52,940 nt of DNA from IMG/VR virus record IMGVR_UViG_3300048587_001100, positions 1 through 52,940 of that record. One strand, given 5' to 3'. The notes under the pieces were generated by a model, which saw nothing but the letters and a program-made list of their open reading frames with translations, was not told the origin of the DNA and made no database searches. Position 1 is the stretch's first letter; each line of letters starts with the position of its first letter. This stretch comes from a virus. Its lineage: Duplodnaviria; Caudoviricetes. Positions 9,575-18,293 of this stretch are shown one piece after another. The position numbers and the translations under genes are program-made.

Positions 9575-9688
9575 TTGGTTGCTCTTTCGCTTGCTGTTGC
9601 TGTTCAAAGGACGCCAACACTTGGCGTCTCACTCATGGCCCCCGACTGGTCCGCGACAGCGCCGCAGGTCGGATAGTGGCCGGTCTGT

Positions 9689-10285
9689 CTACATCGCCGC
9701 CTGGGCCTGCCGCAGCTTCTGCTGGGCGGTGTGCAGGCGGGTTTGGTCGGTCAGGGCTGCCGCTGCGGCGATCGCTTCGGGATCGACACGCAACGACAGG
9801 GATGTCTCGGCATAGGCCGGCACGCTGGTGACGGTGACCTCGCGCAGGTCAATCTCGCTCAGGGTCCGCAGTGTGCCGGCGGGTGTGCGGCTGAAGGCCT
9901 GACCATTCCGGGGGACCAAAAAGCCGAAGCTCATGCCCCGGATATCGCCGCGACGGACCAGGGCGATCGCGTCACGGCCATGGCTGGTGTCCGCGTTGAC
10001 GTCGATCTCCACACGCAGGCCTTTGGCATCTTCGGCAAGGCGAAGTGTGCCGTTGCCGCTGGTGCCCAGCAGCTTGGCCGGGTCGTGTTCGAAGAGAGCG
10101 CGGACCTGCCGACCACTCTGGAGCGAGCGGCCGAAGGCACCCGGGACGATCAGCTCACGGAACTTCCCAAGGTCCACCTCGGCATTGAAGACGGCGGCGT
10201 AACCGACAAGGGTGTTGCCCTGGCCGGCTTCACCGTCCCGAACCTCCAGAGCCTCAAATTGGACGTATCGTGTTTCCATGCTCAT
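9689..10285 (-). CDS. Prohead protease, HK97 family
   Basis: GYAAVFN, ALFEHD, GMSFGF, EVTVTSVPAY. Confidence 0.92.
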   Translation of the reverse strand: MSMETRYVQFEALEVRDGEAGQGNTLVGYAAVFNAEVDLGKFRELIVPGAFGRSLQSGRQVRALFEHDPAKLLGTSGNGTLRLAEDAKGLRVEIDVNADTSHGRDAIALVRRGDIRGMSFGFLVPRNGQAFSRTPAGTLRTLSEIDLREVTVTSVPAYAETSLSLRVDPEAIAAAAALTDQTRLHTAQQKLRQAQAAM

Positions 10286-10340
10286 CTGTTGATACTGTCA
10301 CGATGCTGATGACTTCACTCAGTCGTCATCAAAAAATCTT

Positions 10341-11861
10341 TCAGCAGGTCAGGGCGCGGACAATCTGCTCAGCCCGGCCCGACCCCCACTGGGCCAGCAG
10401 TGCATCCATGGTGCCAGTCTCAAAAGCCTCCACGACGGCGGCACGGGCGTCCTCGCAATGGATGGCTGGGTAATCGTGTCGGTTCAACGGGGCGGCCAGA
10501 ACCTGCTCCACGTGGCCGGCATGGTCGGTGAACCACTCATCCGCCCAGCGCCGGAACCCGGCGGCATCGCCTGCGTGCTTCCTGGCGGCGCGGGCGACGG
10601 CGTTGATTTCTTTCGTGGTGATGGTCCTGGCGGCGTTGAGCAGCAGGGCGCGGGCGGGCTCGTCGTTGCGCTGGGATGCGGGGGCGCTGTTGAGCGGGCT
10701 GAGCACCTCATCCCCGCCGGTGATTGGCGGCAAGCCCTCCAGCTTGCGGGCTTCGTTCACGGTCATGAAGGGCCCGCCGACGGCGGTCTGGTGGGCGGCG
10801 TACCGATCGCGCAGGCTGGCCCGCACCAGGGCGTCGAGGTTGAACCGGATTTGCAGACGCTGCCGCTCGTCCTCGCGCAACAGCTTGCGGTTCAACTCCT
10901 GCTCAATCTTGATCGCCCAGGGCTGGATGGTCTCGGTCCTGAACTCTTCCGTTGCGTGCTCGACATTGTTGTAATGCGCCTGGTCATACAGCCCCAGCTT
11001 GTGGGGTGGGCAGCGGTAGATACCGGCGATCTCCAGCGTCTGGTGCTTTCGACTTTCCAAGGCCTGGGCCTCTTCTGGCGACACACCCATGCGGTGGACC
11101 TTGAGACCCGGCGCGGCGGCGACCTTATGGGCGCCGCCCAGACCGGTGTATTCGGCGCGCCACTTTTCCATGAAGAGGTTGAATGACTCGCGGCTCATGG
11201 GTGGCAGTTCCACCACGGAGCCGATGTTGCAGCCATTTGCGAAGAACCTCGCTGAGAACTGCTCCAGGGCGACCGAGAGCCCGATGGTGTTTCGTGCGAC
11301 TTGGATCGGCGACAGGCCGACGATGCCGTCGAGGGTCACGTTGGGGGTGTGGATGATGTCCTGCGGCCTGAGCGCCTGCCCCGTGCCCGCCAGCCCGGTC
11401 TGGTAGAGCAGGTCGCCGTTGCGGCGCAGGGGTGCGGTAGAGCCGGCCCGGAGCGGGTACAGGCCGATGGGGGTGTAGGTGTCGTCACGCTCAATGAAGG
11501 CGTAGCCGTTGCCCCACAGCAGGAGGTTCATCGCGAAGGCCTCCACGAACACCGCCGGGGTCATGTACGGGTTGGGTGAATCGAGCAGCGCCCGCACCGG
11601 GTGGTCATAGACCTTGCCCCCGTCGCGGCGGTCGATGATGTGGATCGGCAACGAGGCCAGGGCGTTGGCGATGACCGTCACGCAGGAGTACACCGCACGA
11701 CAGGCGAGGGCTGACTCGTGCGTGATGTTGACGCCCGCATCCGAGGGGCCCGCGACGTAGGGCCCGAACAGGGTCAACGGCGACAGCAGCAGATCGCCGC
11801 TGCGGTGCTCGACCGGGGCGGGTGGTGCGGAGCGACGAAATAGACTGGCAATGAATCCCAT
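10341..11861 (-). CDS. Portal protein, HK97 family
   Basis: AVYSCVTVIA, LLLWGNGY, GLSPIQ, IAGIYRCPPH, MTVNEAR; about 100 extra C-terminal residues. Confidence 0.92.
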   Translation of the reverse strand: MGFIASLFRRSAPPAPVEHRSGDLLLSPLTLFGPYVAGPSDAGVNITHESALACRAVYSCVTVIANALASLPIHIIDRRDGGKVYDHPVRALLDSPNPYMTPAVFVEAFAMNLLLWGNGYAFIERDDTYTPIGLYPLRAGSTAPLRRNGDLLYQTGLAGTGQALRPQDIIHTPNVTLDGIVGLSPIQVARNTIGLSVALEQFSARFFANGCNIGSVVELPPMSRESFNLFMEKWRAEYTGLGGAHKVAAAPGLKVHRMGVSPEEAQALESRKHQTLEIAGIYRCPPHKLGLYDQAHYNNVEHATEEFRTETIQPWAIKIEQELNRKLLREDERQRLQIRFNLDALVRASLRDRYAAHQTAVGGPFMTVNEARKLEGLPPITGGDEVLSPLNSAPASQRNDEPARALLLNAARTITTKEINAVARAARKHAGDAAGFRRWADEWFTDHAGHVEQVLAAPLNRHDYPAIHCEDARAAVVEAFETGTMDALLAQWGSGRAEQIVRALTC

Positions 11862-11882
11862 GGTGTTCCTAACTCCCCCCGA

Positions 11883-13565
11883 TCACACGAACGCGAACGG
11901 GAAATCTTGATAAAAGGTCGGCTCGTCATCCCTGGCCGCGCGGATGTCGTTGCCCAGGGCGAAGCTCAGGGCGTCGATTCCGTCAATCTTGCGTGTGTCC
12001 TTGGGTTTCACCGTCTTGATGAGCCCGTCCGCGTCCTCGTGGACCTCCACGTTGGAGGCCATCCAATTCAAGATTGGGTGATTGCCGTGCCGCAATCGAC
12101 GCTCCAGCACCAGCCGCTCCAGGTGCCGCAGGACTGGATTGGTCATCGTGCGGCGTTGCCAAAACTCAAAGACCGTGAAGCCGTCGCCCTGCAACTGACT
12201 GGCGATCTGCTGAGCAAATTTCGGGTCATAAGCCAGCTCCGTGATCCTGTAACGCTGGCCCAGTTCCACGATGCGCCGGCGGATGTGGTCATAGTCGATG
12301 TAGTCGCCGGGGGTGGTTTCGAGGTAACCATCCTGGACCCACTGGCGATAGGGCACGCCGGCTTTCTTCTCATGGTCCAGCACCGTGTCGGCAGGGATCC
12401 AAAAATACGGCAGCACATCGCGGGTGCCGTCCACGTTGGGGAAGACGAGCACCAGGGCGGTGACGTCGTTGGTGCCCGACAGGTCCAGCCCCGCCCAGCA
12501 CTCCCGCCCCTCGTAGTCGGCGGGGTCGATGTCGGCGGCACACTCGAGCCACCGATCGAAGGGCAGCCATTGCGAGATGCTGCCCACCCATTGGTTCAGG
12601 CGGAACCGGCGGAAGTTGTTTTGCAGGGTAGGTGAGTCTTTGGCCTTCATCGCTTCGGCGCGAACCTCATCCTCCATGATGGTCACGCCCAGTGACGGAT
12701 TCGCGGCACGCCATGCGGCGGGGTCGGTGATGTCGCAGCCGTCCGGTGCGGCGGCGATGCAGGCGAACGTGTAGGGGTCGTCAATGGCACCGCTGATGAT
12801 CTTGGCGGCCCGGTCGTGCAGTTCCCACCCGATGGAGTCGCGGTCCTCGCCGGCGGTCGTGATGGTCATGGTGAGCGGCTGACGACGGGCGGCACCAGCA
12901 TATTGGAGGGTGTTCCAAAGCTGGCGGCTCCGGCCCTTCAAGCGGTGGGCTTCGTCGATGACGATGCCGCTGGCGTTCACGCCGTCGGCGCTGTCACCGT
13001 CACTGGAAAGAGCCTGATAGAAGCCCGACGTGCGATGGACCACCAGGCGCTTGGTGTGCTCCTTGATGTCGATGAGTCGCTGGAGTGCCGGCGACTTGCG
13101 GACCATCTTGGCGGCTTCCTGGAAGATGATGCCCGCCTGGGTGCGGGTGGTGGCGGCGCTGTAGAGCTGGGGCTCGGGCTCACCATCGGCGATGAGCAGG
13201 TAGAGCGTGATCGCGGCGGCGAGGGTGGATTTGGAATTCTTTTTGGCCACCTCGATGTAAGCCTGCCTGAACCGACGCGAACCATCCGCCCGACGCCAGC
13301 CGAAGATGTGACCACACACCTCGCGTTGCCAGGGCATGAGCCTCATGGGGATGGTGCCCGCCGCGTCGGCCTCGGGCGTGGGATGGCTGGGTGCGATGCG
13401 GATGAACCGCTCGCAGAACTGGGCGAACCGATCGGCGGCGGCCTGGTCGAAGTAGCAGCCCGCCAGCAAGGCGCTGTGGTCGATGCGGCCACGCACCCAG
13501 TGCGCCCAGCCTTCGCGACGGGCGCGGGCGAGCGCGGCCTCGAGTTGTCCGGCAGGTGCGATCAT
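11883..13565 (-). CDS. Terminase large subunit
   Basis: LMPWQ adenine motif, Walker A AKKNSKST, Walker B IVIDEAH, ITTAG, nuclease GLDLS...KIDGID. Confidence 0.92.
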   Translation of the reverse strand: MIAPAGQLEAALARARREGWAHWVRGRIDHSALLAGCYFDQAAADRFAQFCERFIRIAPSHPTPEADAAGTIPMRLMPWQREVCGHIFGWRRADGSRRFRQAYIEVAKKNSKSTLAAAITLYLLIADGEPEPQLYSAATTRTQAGIIFQEAAKMVRKSPALQRLIDIKEHTKRLVVHRTSGFYQALSSDGDSADGVNASGIVIDEAHRLKGRSRQLWNTLQYAGAARRQPLTMTITTAGEDRDSIGWELHDRAAKIISGAIDDPYTFACIAAAPDGCDITDPAAWRAANPSLGVTIMEDEVRAEAMKAKDSPTLQNNFRRFRLNQWVGSISQWLPFDRWLECAADIDPADYEGRECWAGLDLSGTNDVTALVLVFPNVDGTRDVLPYFWIPADTVLDHEKKAGVPYRQWVQDGYLETTPGDYIDYDHIRRRIVELGQRYRITELAYDPKFAQQIASQLQGDGFTVFEFWQRRTMTNPVLRHLERLVLERRLRHGNHPILNWMASNVEVHEDADGLIKTVKPKDTRKIDGIDALSFALGNDIRAARDDEPTFYQDFPFAFV

Positions 13566-14035
13566 GATCGAAGAAACTGCTCCAACTCATCGTGTGCGGG
13601 TGTTGGTGCTACGTTGATCCGGCTGCGAGCGGACGGGCACATACCAAAGCCCTGCTCCAGGCGGTATAGCTGGTCGGCGAGTGAACGAGCGATGCTGACG
13701 TAGGGCGACGGCTGCAGGAATTTCACTTTGCCCGACTCGTCGCGGATGGGCACCACCTCGCCCGTGCGCTGGATCATCGCCTCCGCCTGACGCCACCTGA
13801 CCCACAACACGCAGTAGCGGGCCAGGGCGTTACGGTCGATGCGACCGGCCAGCCCGGCGGCGATGAGGCTGGGCACGATGCGCTGCCATTCCTGCTTGGC
13901 TTCCTTGGACATCCAGGTCGGACAGACCGGCTTGCCCTCGGCGGCGGCCTCGTTGATCGGGGCGCGGTCCGGGCGGTAAGTGCCCTCCAGCACCTTGGCC
14001 GCTGTCGGTTTGGGTTGTGGCCCCCGCAGGCCCAT
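13562..14035 (-). CDS. Terminase small subunit, P27 family
   Basis: MGLRGPQPKPTAAKVLEG...CPTWMS...FGMCPSARSRI. Confidence 0.9.
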   Translation of the reverse strand: MGLRGPQPKPTAAKVLEGTYRPDRAPINEAAAEGKPVCPTWMSKEAKQEWQRIVPSLIAAGLAGRIDRNALARYCVLWVRWRQAEAMIQRTGEVVPIRDESGKVKFLQPSPYVSIARSLADQLYRLEQGFGMCPSARSRINVAPTPAHDELEQFLRS

Positions 14036-15102
14036 CAGGCTGCCTCCTGTCGTGACGACATGCCCAGTAGGTTGTCGCGGATGTGTTGCGCGATCGACCG
14101 CATGAGCAGCGGCGGCACGCTGTTGCCGATGCGTCCGACCTGTTGCTCATACGTTCCTACGAACTTGAACTCATCGGGGAACGAGCCGAAGCGGGCGAAC
14201 TCACGCACGGTGAAGCGCCGGCGCTCAGCCCAGTGCATCGCCCCGTGCATGCCCAGCACGCCGTCGTTCTTCCTGATCGTGTTGGCGGGTCTGTCGGGGT
14301 GGAACTTGAGGCAGTTGAACCCAGCAAGTCCGAGGTAAGCGTGCCGGTTCTTGCCCACTGGCACAAGGTGCCAGTCCTTGAAGCTTCCATGCCTTTGACC
14401 TGCGGCCAGGAGCATCGCCACTTCCGCAGGATCATTCACCACATCGGCGATGGCCTCACGCGTCGGGATGACTCGTGACCATGGCTTGGGGTGTGATGGC
14501 TCCACGCCCAGGTCATCACGTACACCGATGAAGATCAAGCGCTCACGGGCCTGGGGGACGCCGAAGTATTTGGCGTTCAGGACGCGGGTGCGGACGCGGT
14601 AGCCGCTGGCCTTTAGCTCGCGAAGGCAGTCGGCGAACACCAGCTTCATCTTGCCGGCGACCATGCCCTTCACGTTTTCCATCACGAGTGCCCTGGGCTT
14701 GAGCCCCCGCAGCAGCCGCACGTAATCGCGGAACAACTGGTTCCGCTGGTCGGCAAAGTCGCGGCGTCCGGCGGTGGAGAAGCCCTGACAGGGTGGTGAG
14801 CCGTCGAAGACGTCAAGCTCACCTGGCTGCAGTCCCGTGCGTGCCAGCACTTCATCCACAGAGAGCTTGGTGATGTCACCAGCAACGTCCACGTCGGGGA
14901 AGTTCGCCTTGAAGGTGTTGATCGCTGCCTCGTCATACTCGACCGCGAACAACTCGCGAAAGCCCGCCATGCTGTACCCAAGAGAAGATCCACCGCACCC
15001 CGCAAAGGTGCTGATCACCGTCAGGGCATTGGCTGCGCGTGGGGCAAGATGAGCCTGCCAAGCTGCGGCAAGGGAGCGTGAGTAGGGAGTTGATTGGATC
15101 AC
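14035..15102 (-). CDS. DNA (cytosine-5)-methyltransferase
   Basis: Motif I FAGCGG, IV GSPPCQGFS, VI ENV, VIII QARER, X GNSV; GTG start overlaps the upstream stop. Confidence 0.92.
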   Translation of the reverse strand: MIQSTPYSRSLAAAWQAHLAPRAANALTVISTFAGCGGSSLGYSMAGFRELFAVEYDEAAINTFKANFPDVDVAGDITKLSVDEVLARTGLQPGELDVFDGSPPCQGFSTAGRRDFADQRNQLFRDYVRLLRGLKPRALVMENVKGMVAGKMKLVFADCLRELKASGYRVRTRVLNAKYFGVPQARERLIFIGVRDDLGVEPSHPKPWSRVIPTREAIADVVNDPAEVAMLLAAGQRHGSFKDWHLVPVGKNRHAYLGLAGFNCLKFHPDRPANTIRKNDGVLGMHGAMHWAERRRFTVREFARFGSFPDEFKFVGTYEQQVGRIGNSVPPLLMRSIAQHIRDNLLGMSSRQEAA

Positions 15103-15656
15103 AGCGGCACCACGCCTCCACAGTGTGGACAGGTCACCGTCTCGACATCGTCGGCGCACGACTCGTCAATCTCTTTGCCTGCCGCGTCGTCGGGCAGTGA
15201 TGGTCGCCCCCGCGCCTCACTGATCAGGGCGGCGATTTCGTCGGGGGTCCAGCCGGTGGCGAAGGCGGCCTCGGCGTTCTCCACCTGCAGTGACTCAAGC
15301 TGGCGGGCCAGGGCCTCACGATCCCACTCGGCCAGTTCCGCCGCGCGGTTATCCGCGATCGCGTAGGCCGTCGCCTCTGCGCCCACCAGGTCGGAGCGGC
15401 TGACGGCGATGTGGGTCCAGCCCAGTTCGCGGGCGGCGGCAAGTGTGCCGTTGCCTGCGATGATCACACCATTAGCGTCGGCAAGAATCGGCCGCTGCTG
15501 ACCGAAGCGCCGCAGGCTCCCCTTGATGGCCTCGAGGTTGCGCACGGGGTGAAGCCGCACGTTCGAAGGGTCAAGGGTCAACCCCTCGATTGGCTCGGCC
15601 AGGCTGCGCAGCGCTGGGCTGATGTGGTTCAGGTTGACGTTTGAGGTTTTGGACAT
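15099..15656 (-). CDS. ParB/Srx N-terminal domain protein with a C-terminal CPxCG knuckle
   Basis: SLRRFGQQRPIL...IIAGNG...IADNR; TCPHCG. Confidence 0.85.
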   Translation of the reverse strand: MSKTSNVNLNHISPALRSLAEPIEGLTLDPSNVRLHPVRNLEAIKGSLRRFGQQRPILADANGVIIAGNGTLAAARELGWTHIAVSRSDLVGAEATAYAIADNRAAELAEWDREALARQLESLQVENAEAAFATGWTPDEIAALISEARGRPSLPDDAAGKEIDESCADDVETVTCPHCGGVVPL

Positions 15657-15850
15657 TGGCATGGGCTCCATGGACGACTTCTGGGGCGTCGGATACGGGG
15701 GACTACCGCTCGGAAGGGCTTCGGCCTGGCGGCTCCATGTGGGGCGTACTGGCGGGGTTTCTGCTGGTTCTGGTGGATCAGGCCAGCCGAACCCCCACCC
15801 CCCGAAACCTGCCGGCGCGCGCAAAAGGCGGGGCGATGGGTCTCCAGCGG

Positions 15851-16192
15851 CTACCCTCCCATCCTCGGATGCCCCCTCCCCCTGCGCCTCATCCATCGCC
15901 CTGTCATGCGTCCGACCAAGGCACGCACCAGCGCCAGCGGCCAGCCTCGAACGCGATGGATGATGATGTGGCGGTTGGGTAGTGGCGCGAACTCGCAGCG
16001 CCCGCCCTCCAGCGGCTGATAGAGCGTGACCGGGCCGAACTGCAATGCGATCACCCAGTCTGTTGGCCTGGACTGATGGCTCTCGGTGGTCAGGAAGTGA
16101 AGACGATCGAGCAGTCGCACGGGCTCCATCGCAGCGCACGCTGCGGCGAACTCCTGGAGAGCGGCGGCGTAGTGGTCGCTTGTGTGATTCAT
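15851..16192 (-). CDS. Hypothetical protein
   Basis: ATGA-coupled to the upstream ORF; no recognised motif. Confidence 0.5.
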   Translation of the reverse strand: MNHTSDHYAAALQEFAAACAAMEPVRLLDRLHFLTTESHQSRPTDWVIALQFGPVTLYQPLEGGRCEFAPLPNRHIIIHRVRGWPLALVRALVGRMTGRWMRRRGRGHPRMGG

Positions 16193-16407
16193 TGTTTTGC
16201 CCCCCGCGCCGGCGAGGGCACGCCGTTGAGATCGAACGTTGCCTCCATCTCATCCAGGCGCTTTGCGGGGAGGAGGATCAACTCCTCGATGCGGCGGTCG
16301 ATGAGCTCGATGAGGGTCCGCTCGGCGTCGGCTTCGTCCGTGTCAAGATAGAACCGCTTGTTGATGTGGTGCGCCAAATCGATGGCCAATGGGCTGGGCA
16401 TAGTCAT
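16189..16407 (-). CDS. Hypothetical protein
   Basis: ATGA-coupled at both ends; AGGAG SD. Confidence 0.6.
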   Translation of the reverse strand: MTMPSPLAIDLAHHINKRFYLDTDEADAERTLIELIDRRIEELILLPAKRLDEMEATFDLNGVPSPARGAKQ

Positions 16408-17018
16408 TCTCCTGTATGGTCAGTGATGTCAGCTACGACGCTGACGAAAGATCGGATGAGTGTGCACCTGGCCCCGCCCGCCAGAGTCGCCTGCACGTCG
16501 AAACGCATGGACCGACGGCCGGCGGGTAGCGTGCCGGTCAACACGCTGGACAATTCAAACGCGATTGAGGCCGGACCAGTGCTGGTGGTCGTGGGTTTGA
16601 TCACCTGGCCCGCGTTGCCGTCGATGATGCGATCACCCGTCGCTGTCGATGCGGCGCTGAGGCGAATGGTTGCGCTGGTGAGGTCGGGCCAGTGGTCGCT
16701 GGCGAATGTCAACTGACGGCCGACGGCGAACAGGTAGTCGTCGCCTCGGATCAGTGTGATTTCGCCTGCCTCCACCTCGGGGGTAATCACACGCACGATG
16801 CCCGCGCCGATGGCGTTCAGGCGGGTGGTGATGGTCGCCAGGCTCTCCACGAGGTTGGAGGGGATGCCGCCGCTGTCGAAGTTCTCCAGGGCGGTCGTCA
16901 ATGCGTTGATGGCGTCGAGCAGGCCCTCTGGCACCTGACCCCCGCCCATGCCCTGCACCTCGGCGGCGACAGCGGCATGGATGTCCTGCATTGAAATCAG
17001 CAGAATGGGACCGCTCAT
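16404..17018 (-). CDS. Hypothetical protein, helical N-terminus plus beta-sandwich (virion-accessory-like) C-terminus
   Basis: ITLIRGDDY...WPDLTSATI...FDVQATL...TL resembles Ig-like/BppU-N-like domains of phage structural proteins (by eye). Confidence 0.55.
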   Translation of the reverse strand: MSGPILLISMQDIHAAVAAEVQGMGGGQVPEGLLDAINALTTALENFDSGGIPSNLVESLATITTRLNAIGAGIVRVITPEVEAGEITLIRGDDYLFAVGRQLTFASDHWPDLTSATIRLSAASTATGDRIIDGNAGQVIKPTTTSTGPASIAFELSSVLTGTLPAGRRSMRFDVQATLAGGARCTLIRSFVSVVADITDHTGE

Positions 17019-17311
17019 TCACCACCCCCGGCATGAAGCTCATGATGGCAGCCGACGCACACGGCCATGAGGTTGGCAGGGTCGAGCCGGCGCTCAGGTG
17101 CTTGGCTGATGGGGACACGATGATGAACATCGATGGCGGGTGTGGTCCGGCCTTGCCCGTCGCATCGCTCGCACAGGGGGTGCAGTGCCAGGTGCTCGAC
17201 CCGCAGCCGACGCCAGGCACCGTCATACCCTCGCGCTGCCGATGATGGCTTGCGAGTGAGCTCGCGGCGGCGTGGGCGGCGAAGGATCAGGTGTGGGGGT
17301 TTCGTCGGCAT
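17015..17311 (-). CDS. HNH endonuclease (HK97 gp74-like terminase cofactor)
   Basis: RGYDGAW, LCERC, VHH, NL..CVGCH..LH. Confidence 0.9.
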   Translation of the reverse strand: MPTKPPHLILRRPRRRELTRKPSSAARGYDGAWRRLRVEHLALHPLCERCDGQGRTTPAIDVHHRVPISQAPERRLDPANLMAVCVGCHHELHAGGGE

Positions 17312-17374
17312 ATTGAGCATTTGGAGAATCGGCGCCCGTCACCATGAGGGGCTCGATAGTTGATACTGCGAAGC

Positions 17375-18154
17375 TCAGGTCGGATTCACGAGCCGCACCC
17401 GAGAAAATGTGAATCCTTTGGTCGGCCGCCGGCGGCTCATGGCCTCGCTGATCGACGCAGCAGATACGCCCGTGGCCTTGCTGGCCTGCTTCGCCGTAGG
17501 CCACCGTCCGACCTCTTGGCCATCGCGATGGGCGATGATGATGGTGGTGGTGGACCGTCTCGCTGTTGACCGCCTGCGCAGGCGCTTCATCGCTCCGTGA
17601 ATGGTGGTGGGTGTGATGCCTGCCATGGTGGACGCCTCGTCGTGCGTCAGGCCCAGCAGCAGCAGCGGGACGATCGCCCTGACGTGGCCGCTGTATCCGG
17701 GGCGTGGCTCGGATGCGTCGAAGACCTGACCCGCCGCAAGCTCCACATCCTCCCGACGGATGACCTCCTGCAGCGGGGTGGTGGTGAATTGGAGCCGACG
17801 ATCGGCGGGCTGATCATGGTCATGCTGATCGACATGGCGCATGAGCAAATGGAGCCCCGCCCGGCGGCGGAACCGCGTTATCAGGGTTGACCAGCGGCGA
17901 CGACATACGACGCGGGCCAGCGCCCCGAAGTCACCCACGCACCCGCCCCGCACCCACGCCCGCAGTGCCGTCACCAGCAGCGCCGCCCGCAGCTCCTGCA
18001 GGAGGTCATCGCGGGGCAGGTCAGGGACATCACGCCGGCTGGCATCGCTCAGGATGTGGCGGCACTGATCAAGCAGCAGCGCCGCGGCGTCCTTGTCACC
18101 GGCGGCGGCGCGCTGAGCGGTGGTGTTGATTTCGGCGTCGGATGGCCAGCGCAT
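17375..18154 (-). CDS. Sigma-70/ECF-like factor with a C-terminal NUMOD1-like HTH
   Basis: Region 2-like AAAGDKDAA...DDLLQE; region 4-like GLTHDEASTMAGITPTTIHGAMKRLRR; NUMOD1-like GQEVGRWPTAKQASKATGVSAASISEA...KGFTF. Confidence 0.6.
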   Translation of the reverse strand: MRWPSDAEINTTAQRAAAGDKDAAALLLDQCRHILSDASRRDVPDLPRDDLLQELRAALLVTALRAWVRGGCVGDFGALARVVCRRRWSTLITRFRRRAGLHLLMRHVDQHDHDQPADRRLQFTTTPLQEVIRREDVELAAGQVFDASEPRPGYSGHVRAIVPLLLLGLTHDEASTMAGITPTTIHGAMKRLRRRSTARRSTTTIIIAHRDGQEVGRWPTAKQASKATGVSAASISEAMSRRRPTKGFTFSRVRLVNPT

Positions 18155-18293
18155 AGCGCCGCTGGAACTCGGCGCTGTCGGGGTCGAGTTCGCCGGCGAG
18201 GGCTGCCCAGCAGGCCCACACGAAAAACTCCCGGTCCTGGCTCCAGGCGCGGATGTGCTCGGAGGTGAGTCGATCAAGGGCTGCACTGGTCAT
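18096..18293 (-). CDS. Small hypothetical protein
   Basis: 65 aa with AGGA SD, between the two sigma-like genes and overlapping both. Confidence 0.45.
   Translation of the reverse strand: MTSAALDRLTSEHIRAWSQDREFFVWACWAALAGELDPDSAEFQRRYALAIRRRNQHHRSARRRR

Noticed and set aside
10308-10336. Hairpin TGATGAC/GTCATCA with an A-tract between portal and protease
   Set aside because: The U-tract is on the wrong side for termination of the - strand operon.
13225-13250. Terminase Walker A reads KKNSKS instead of KNGKS, suggesting inactivation
   Set aside because: Such variants occur in this terminase family and all other motifs are intact; not evidence of decay.
15657-16253. Long N-terminal extension of the ParB-like ORF (384-aa call); similarly the 549-aa recombinase and 303-aa sigma calls
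   Set aside because: The extensions are low-complexity and overlap other coupled genes; downstream starts fit the domain boundaries better.
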